DNA from: a virus | Taxonomy: Duplodnaviria; Heunggongvirae; Uroviricota; Caudoviricetes | DNA: 11,118 nucleotides | Virus record (IMG/VR): IMGVR_UViG_2675903255_000015 | Reading direction: 5' to 3' (one strand) | Notes under the pieces: model-generated | The model's database searches: none | Told to the model about the DNA's origin: nothing | The model's input: the letters and a program-made list of their open reading frames with translations, nothing else | Part shown: piece by piece, positions 6,655-11,118 of the stretch | Layout: each line of letters begins with the position of its first letter | Numbering within the stretch: the stretch's first letter is position 1 | Translations under genes and position numbers: made by a program

Positions 6655-6730
6655 ATCGAAACCCTTAGATTTTCCTAAGGAAACTAGATCGTAGAGAAAC
6701 CTAAGTCAAGAAAAATTAGAATTACCTAAT
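6655..6730. promoter_or_regulatory. dicA/dicC divergent promoter-operator region
   Basis: 76-bp intergenic region. Inverted repeat CCTTAG-n6-CTAAGG at 6663-6680 and a further CCTAAG at 6700-6705. Minus-strand promoter candidate for dicC: -35 TTGACT (6709..6704), 17-bp spacer, -10 TAGTTT (6686..6681), with the inverted repeat just downstream of the -10. Confidence 0.5.
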
Positions 6731-7138
6731 ATGAAAAACGAAACCTTCGGTGCTCGCCTCTTATACAGGCGAAAAAAATTAAAACTGTCTCAGGCCGCAT
6801 TAGGTAAGCTGGTCAAAGTGGCTCACGTAACAATTTCTCAATGGGAAAGAGATGAAACACAGCCAGCGGGGAAGAGATTATTCGCACTGAGCCAGGCGCT
6901 TCAGTGCTCGCCGACTTGGCTTCTTTTTGGAGATGAAGATAAGCAACCAGGCGAACCGATCCCAGATAATCAGCCAGTCAATCTGACAGAAGATCAAAAA
7001 GAGTTGCTTCAACTGTTCGACGCACTGCCTGAGTCAGAGCAAAAGGCTCTGTTGTCAGAGATGCGTGCTCGAGTTGAGAATTTCAACAAACTTTTTGAAG
7101 AACTACTCAAAGCTCGCAAAAGAAGCGCAAATAAATAA
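6731..7138 (+). CDS. dicA: prophage repressor DicA (HTH XRE family, 135 aa)
   Basis: Product MKNETFGARLLYRRKKLKLSQAALGKLVKVAHVTISQWERDETQPAGKRLFALSQALQCSPTWLLFGDEDKQPGEP...MRARVENFNKLFEELLKARKRSANK matches recalled K-12 DicA in length and sequence, with the HTH at residues about 20-40. Confidence 0.85.
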   Translation: MKNETFGARLLYRRKKLKLSQAALGKLVKVAHVTISQWERDETQPAGKRLFALSQALQCSPTWLLFGDEDKQPGEPIPDNQPVNLTEDQKELLQLFDALPESEQKALLSEMRARVENFNKLFEELLKARKRSANK

Positions 7139-7236
7139 CCCCCCTTTTTTTCGCAACTCTCTGTAATAAAAAGCACAAACTTTCAAATACTTGTGTTTTT
7201 TACATCAAGAAGCTTAGGTTTTTCTACACAAAAAGC

Positions 7237-7266
7237 TTGACCATAACTCTTAGGCTATTCTAAATT
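7237..7266 (+). promoter_or_regulatory. candidate early-left (dicB operon) promoter with operator-like CTTAGG half-sites
   Basis: TTGACC at 7237-7242, then a 17-18 bp spacer containing CTTAGG (7248-7253), then CTAAAT/TAAATT at 7260-7266. A second CTTAGG lies at 7214-7219. A weak AT-rich hairpin with T-run at 7171-7200 could terminate dicA. In K-12 the DicA-repressed dicB promoter lies just downstream of dicA. Confidence 0.35.
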
Positions 7267-7401
7267 CTACTCATCAAGACACCGCACGGTGTTCTCAGCA
7301 AACAGTTCCGCTACCCGGCGTTAAGGGGAAGCAGAGGATTTCTCAGTGGGCGAGTCAAACATCAGAATGGAAGGCGTCCAGGGATCAGCAAAGAAACAGC
7401 G

Positions 7402-7701
7402 ATGGCGCTTTATATTGATATCAGCGCCATTGCCGGACAGGTAAGAGTTATCAGAGCGGTAACTAAGCGGTATGCGCCTTTACTTCAGAAAGTCTCTGGT
7501 GAGTGCACCGAAGATATTGTCAACGATTTCGTCATCGAACTGCGAGGACTCATCTTCAGTTACAAGGTGACCACAATTTTTGCAGATGGCTCCCGCGAAA
7601 CTGTCAGAGCCCTGCGGCTTAAAGGATGTGTCAAAGACTTAGCCACCACATTCTGGGCAAGAAAACTTGATTGTATTCATAACCAATTTCCTCTCGAGTA
7701 A
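7402..7701 (+). CDS. hypothetical protein, 99 aa, first gene of the leftward early operon
   Basis: ATG at 7402 with no clear SD. Product MALYIDISAIAGQVRVIRAVTKRYAPLLQKVSGECTEDIVNDF... No family recognised. Confidence 0.45.
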   Translation: MALYIDISAIAGQVRVIRAVTKRYAPLLQKVSGECTEDIVNDFVIELRGLIFSYKVTTIFADGSRETVRALRLKGCVKDLATTFWARKLDCIHNQFPLE

Positions 7702-7773
7702 CAGACCCCTCAGAGGATACCACCTCGCCTGACGTGGTTAAAAAGCAGGCAACGCTAACCACAAGGAGCCGAC

Positions 7774-7992
7774 ATGCAGAAACGAGACCCCGTCATCATC
7801 GCGCCAGACTATACCGATGATGAACTTTATGAGTGGATGCACCAGAAAATTAAGGCGGTGCAGGACCTGAAATGGGCCAATGAAGCCAGGGCTAAGCAGG
7901 CTGAAAATCTGTCCGCTCTGGAGCAGGATATCACCAATCTGGAAAAAGCAGCGGCATTAAGCATTGCCAGAATGATTACATACCCACGTTAA
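7774..7992 (+). CDS. hypothetical coiled-coil protein, 72 aa (positional counterpart of ydfC)
   Basis: ATG at 7774 with AAGGAG 7 nt upstream. Product MQKRDPVIIAPDYTDDELYEWMHQKIKAVQDLKWANEARAKQAENLSALEQDITNLEKAAALSIARMITYPR. Confidence 0.6.
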   Translation: MQKRDPVIIAPDYTDDELYEWMHQKIKAVQDLKWANEARAKQAENLSALEQDITNLEKAAALSIARMITYPR

Positions 7993-8014
7993 TAGCTAAC
8001 CAACGAGGCTAATA

Positions 8015-8422
8015 ATGGAATTTAAAGATTTACCAACGCCATTACAGGAAATGGCATCGAATATAGTTCGTTCACAACTGGCTACTCTTGACCTTAGTAC
8101 CGCAGAAAAAGAAACCATCGATAATATGGTTCGTAATGTGCGCAATGCTTTTTCTGGGCTATATGGTTCTGATAATCAAAAGCAGGAAAGCGATGTTAAT
8201 AAACGGGTAATTTCTGTTTGCGTGAATGGCCATGTTCTTTCATCAATCAAAACAGAAACGGCGACAGTCTTCGATTGCCTTTGCATTGTACAGAGCCTTG
8301 TTGATGCCCTGTTTCGTTCAGTGAATTTAGAAAATGATGCAAATCTGCGAGGGCGCATAATAGCACATCCATATGCACATACTTTAGGCTCTGTGGATAT
8401 CAAAGATCCCACAAATCTTTAA
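8015..8422 (+). CDS. hypothetical protein, 135 aa, AT-rich moron
   Basis: ATG at 8015 with GAGG 6 nt upstream. AT-rich relative to flanks. Product MEFKDLPTPLQEMASNIVRSQLATLDLSTAEKETIDNMVRNVRNAFSGLYGSDNQKQESDVNKRVISVCVNGHVLSSIKTETATVFDCLCIVQSLVDALFRSVNLENDANLRGRIIAHPYAHTLGSVDIKDPTNL. No motif recognised. Confidence 0.6.
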   Translation: MEFKDLPTPLQEMASNIVRSQLATLDLSTAEKETIDNMVRNVRNAFSGLYGSDNQKQESDVNKRVISVCVNGHVLSSIKTETATVFDCLCIVQSLVDALFRSVNLENDANLRGRIIAHPYAHTLGSVDIKDPTNL

Positions 8423-8633
8423 TGAAATAGTTAACGCGAATTGTACTTGCTCTTTCGGTTGCTTTCAGAATACGCGTTGAAACTGCTGGCGGTAATTTGG
8501 TATTCCATTTATTAAAATCATGCCCGGGAAAGTACTCTTCGAAAATACTTTTAACTGCAGACTCGCCTATTGAAATGCTGCTTACCATGCGATTTTGATA
8601 AAGGCATTTAGCAATAAGAGTTGATTTTAACAT
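8400..8633 (-). CDS. hypothetical protein, 77 aa, convergent with and antisense to the early-left operon
   Basis: ATG at 8633 with AGGAGG 4-5 nt upstream on the minus strand. AT-rich. Its 3' end overlaps the 3' end of the 135-aa gene by 23 nt. Product MLKSTLIAKCLYQNRMVSSISIGESAVKSIFEEYFPGHDFNKWNTKLPPAVSTRILKATERASTIRVNYFIKDLWDL. Confidence 0.5.
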   Translation of the reverse strand: MLKSTLIAKCLYQNRMVSSISIGESAVKSIFEEYFPGHDFNKWNTKLPPAVSTRILKATERASTIRVNYFIKDLWDL

Positions 8634-8966
8634 TCACCCTCCTGAGGGTTGGTAATTAAGGAGTTCTCCACGGGTGAAGTGGAGTGCGTGCGCCGGACAC
8701 GGGTGAACATCCGGCACTGACAGTTTACTGAAAGGATATTTCTCTGAAAAGTCAGAGCATAACGCGAAAGCGCACGGCGAGGTTGCTGGTTCATAGATAG
8801 CCTGTCGTTAAATTTTCGTCGACCGTGCGCTTCCGGTTGTGGCACTCCGCGAAATGGCGCAGCGGTAAGTATGGCGGGGTTATTCCTTCCCCGTTGAGGA
8901 CACCGGGTTGTCAGGTTGACCATACGCTTAAGTGACAACCCCGCTGCAACGCCCTCTGTTATCAAT

Positions 8967-9022
8967 TTTCTGGTGACGTTTGGCGGCATCTGTTTGCCCA
9001 TGAACTGATGTCCGCCCTTTTT
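8967..9022 (+). ncRNA. dicF: DicF-like small regulatory RNA
   Basis: TTTCTGGTGACGTTTGGCGG... matches the recalled 5' end of K-12 DicF. It ends in a GGCGG...CCGCC stem followed by CTTTTT, and sits about 170 nt upstream of dicB, as in Qin. Confidence 0.7.
8982..9022 (+). terminator. intrinsic terminator forming the DicF 3' end
   Basis: GGCGGCATC...GATGTCCGCC stem (8982-9016) followed by TTTTT (9018-9022). Confidence 0.65.
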
Positions 9023-9191
9023 AAAGTGAATTTTGTGATGCAGTGAATGCGGCTAAGCGCACGCGGAACAGTTAAAGCTAAAAACAGTGTTATGGGTGGA
9101 TTCTCTGTATCCGGCGTTAATTGTTAACTGGTTAACGTCACCTGGAGGCACCAGGCACCGCATCACAAAATTCATTGTTGAGGACGCGATA

Positions 9192-9380
9192 ATGGAAACG
9201 TTATTACCAAACGTTAATACGTCTGAAGGTTGTTTTGAAATTGGTGTCACTATCAGTAACCCTGTATTTACTGAAGATGCCATTAACAAGAGAAAACACG
9301 AACGGGAGTTATTAAATAAAATATGCATTCTTTCAATGCTGGCCCGTTTACGTCCGATACAAAAAGGATGCTGGCAATGA
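9192..9380 (+). CDS. dicB: cell-division inhibitor DicB (62 aa)
   Basis: ATG at 9192 with GAGGA upstream. Product METLLPNVNTSEGCFEIGVTISNPVFTEDAINKRKHERELLNKICILSMLARLRPIQKGCWQ is near-identical to recalled K-12 DicB. The track ORF from 9087 is an upstream in-frame extension. Confidence 0.85.
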   Translation: METLLPNVNTSEGCFEIGVTISNPVFTEDAINKRKHERELLNKICILSMLARLRPIQKGCWQ

Positions 9381-9568
9381 ATACAGCATTTGCACTTGTT
9401 CTGACAGTTTTTCTTGTTTCCGGAGAGCCAGTTGATATTGCAGTCAGTGTTCACAGGACAATGCAGGAGTGTGTGACTGCAGCAACCGAACAGAAAATTC
9501 CCGGTAACTGTTACCCTGTCGATAAAGTTATTCACCAGGATAATAACGAAATCCCGGCAGGTCTTTAA
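9377..9568 (+). CDS. ydfD: YdfD-like small lysis protein (63 aa)
   Basis: ATG at 9377 overlaps the dicB TGA stop (ATGA). Product MNTAFALVLTVFLVSGEPVDIAVSVHRTMQECVTAATEQKIPGNCYPVDKVIHQDNNEIPAGL matches recalled K-12 YdfD. Confidence 0.8.
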   Translation: MNTAFALVLTVFLVSGEPVDIAVSVHRTMQECVTAATEQKIPGNCYPVDKVIHQDNNEIPAGL

Positions 9569-9660
9569 AACAGTTCCGTAATAAACATCCGATTTCATTC
9601 TTATATGCCAGCAATGGCAGGGATTTGTTCACCCTTAAATCTGTAATGAGGTAAAACAAA

Positions 9661-11118
9661 ATGAGTAAAGTCTTTATTTGCGCCGCCATTCCGGACGAAC
9701 AGGCAATAAAGGAAGAAGGTGCAGTCGCTGTAGCCACTGCCATTGAAGCCGGTGATGAACGTCGCGCCCGCGCAAAATTTCACTGGCAATTCCTGGAGCA
9801 TTATCCGGCTGCTCAGGACTGCGCTTATAAATTTCTTGTTTGCGAGGATAAACCCGGTATACCCCGCCCTGCCCTCGATTCCTGGGATGCTGAATATATG
9901 CAGGAAAACCGCTGGGATGAGGGGGCTGCTTCCTTTGTCCCGGTTGAGACTGAATCCGATCCGATGAACGTCGCTTTTGACAAGCTGGCCCCTGAAGTAC
10001 AGAACGCTGTCATGGTTAAGTTCGACACATGTGAAAACATCACCGTTGATATGGTGATTAGCGCGCAGGAATTGTTGCAGGAAGACATGGCAACATTCGA
10101 CGGACATATCGTTGAAGCGTTGATGAAAATGCCAGAAGTTAACGCCATGTATCCGGAGCTTAAGCTGCATGCCATCGGGTGGGTTAAGCATAAATGTAAG
10201 CCTGGTGCCAAATGGCCCGAAATTCAGGCAGAAATGCGCATCTGGAAAAAACGTCGCGAAGGTGAACGCAAGGAAACCGGAAAATACACGTCTGTTGTTG
10301 ATCTCGCCCGCGCCAGAGTCCACCGACAGCACACTGAAAACTCAGCAGAAAAAATCCCCCCTGTCACTGCAGTCATTCGTCGCGAATATAAGCAGACATG
10401 GAAAACACTGGATGACGAACTGGCCTACGCTCTCTGGCCTGGTGATGTGGATGCCGGAAACATTGACGGCAGCATCCATCGCTGGGCAAAAAATGAAGTT
10501 ATCGACAACGACCGCGAAGACTGGAAGCGTATCTCGGCATCAATGCGCAAACAGCCTGATGCCCTTCGCTACGACCGCCAGACTATTTTTGGCCTTGTCC
10601 GTGAACGTCCGATCGACATTCACAAAGACCCTGTGGCACTGAACAAATACATTACTGAATACCTGACTACAAAGGGCGTGTTTGAAGATGAAGGAACAAA
10701 TCAGAGCGCAACTGACACTCTCTCGTCGCCAGTACCAGAAACTGATGCAGTGGAAACGGCAATTCCGGACAACGAAAAAACCGAATGCAAAGTGGAAGTC
10801 GAACCATCTGTAGAGCGTGAGGGGCCGTTCTACTTCCTCTTCACCGACAAGGATGGCGAAAAATACGGTCGCGCAAACAAACTTTCTGGTCTGGATAAGG
10901 CGCTGGCTGCCGGGGCTACTGAAATCACAAAAGAAGAATATTTTGCCCGAAAAAATGGCACATACACAGGCTTACCGCAAAATGCAAATACCGCACAAAA
11001 TTCTGAACAACCAGAACCGGTAAAAGTTACCGCTGACGAAGTAAAGAAAATTATGCAGGCAGCCAATATCAGCCAGCCTGACGCCAATCAGTTTGAACCG
11101 CCCCGGGTTTCCTGGAGA
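9661..11118 (+). CDS. YdfE-like large protein, N-terminal 486 codons; continues past the window end (possibly the N-terminal region of a RecE-type protein)
   Basis: ATG at 9661 with GAGG upstream. Frame is open to the last base of the window, hence absent from the ORF track. Starts MSKVFICAAIPDEQAIKEEGAVAVATAIEAGDERRARAKFHWQFLEHY..., as recalled for K-12 YdfE, which is truncated by IS2 in K-12. The RecE suggestion rests on position (recE slot of Rac) and weak similarity only. Confidence 0.7.
   Translation, partial: MSKVFICAAIPDEQAIKEEGAVAVATAIEAGDERRARAKFHWQFLEHYPAAQDCAYKFLVCEDKPGIPRPALDSWDAEYMQENRWDEGAASFVPVETESDPMNVAFDKLAPEVQNAVMVKFDTCENITVDMVISAQELLQEDMATFDGHIVEALMKMPEVNAMYPELKLHAIGWVKHKCKPGAKWPEIQAEMRIWKKRREGERKETGKYTSVVDLARARVHRQHTENSAEKIPPVTAVIRREYKQTWKTLDDELAYALWPGDVDAGNIDGSIHRWAKNEVIDNDREDWKRISASMRKQPDALRYDRQTIFGLVRERPIDIHKDPVALNKYITEYLTTKGVFEDEGTNQSATDTLSSPVPETDAVETAIPDNEKTECKVEVEPSVEREGPFYFLFTDKDGEKYGRANKLSGLDKALAAGATEITKEEYFARKNGTYTGLPQNANTAQNSEQPEPVKVTADEVKKIMQAANISQPDANQFEPPRVSWR

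Noticed and set aside
5090-6678. Plus-strand ORFs 5090..5293, 5290..5523, 5328..5561, 5628..6092, 5689..5895, 5986..6276 and 6316..6678
   Set aside because: Antisense to O, the YdaT-like gene and dicC; several run through the iteron array, which creates repetitive pseudo-peptides. No independent support.
8634-8968. Retron msr/msd or CRISPR array in the structured block
   Set aside because: No reverse transcriptase or cas gene nearby, and the repeats are only two 10-bp copies plus unrelated hairpins rather than regularly spaced repeat-spacer units.
8627-9001. Minus-strand ORF of 124 aa spanning the structured block and DicF
   Set aside because: Arg-rich low-complexity translation with no RBS. 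It overlaps the DicF sRNA and its terminator and is better explained as non-coding GC-rich sequence.
9053-10332. Minus-strand ORFs 9053..9598 (181 aa), 9528..9743 and 9601..10332 (243 aa)
   Set aside because: They lie antisense to dicB, ydfD and the long YdfE-like ORF, whose products match recalled Qin proteins. They are Cys/His/Phe-rich with no SD, so they are shadow frames.
1-11118. tRNA, rRNA, integrase/attachment site, IS elements
   Set aside because: No T-loop/D-loop signatures, no rRNA-like conserved blocks, no transposase or integrase reading frames and no terminal inverted repeats were found. The window appears to be internal to the prophage.

Overview
This window reads as the early/immunity region of a lambdoid enterobacterial prophage of the Qin (dicA/dicC) type, in the same orientation as the E. 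coli K-12 Qin remnant but far more complete. All family assignments are from recalled sequence similarity and gene order, not from a search. Minus strand, from the immunity region leftward: dicC (cro-like), a YdaT-like gene at the cII position, lambda O-like and P-like replication genes with an iteron/AT-rich origin inside O, a winged-helix gene interrupted by an in-frame TAG, a frameshifted gene remnant, an AT-rich secreted ModA/AcfC-like binding protein, a hok toxin locus, two small hypothetical genes, and the start of a YdfU-like gene running off the left edge. Plus strand, rightward: dicA repressor, three small genes, the DicF sRNA with its terminator, dicB, ydfD, and a long YdfE-like ORF running off the right edge. 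The best candidates for something undescribed are the accessory insertions: a convergent AT-rich gene pair (135 aa and 77 aa) plus a 335-bp structured non-coding block inserted upstream of dicF, and the cargo block between P and hok. I cannot assign a function to either. No tRNA, rRNA, CRISPR array or IS element was found.
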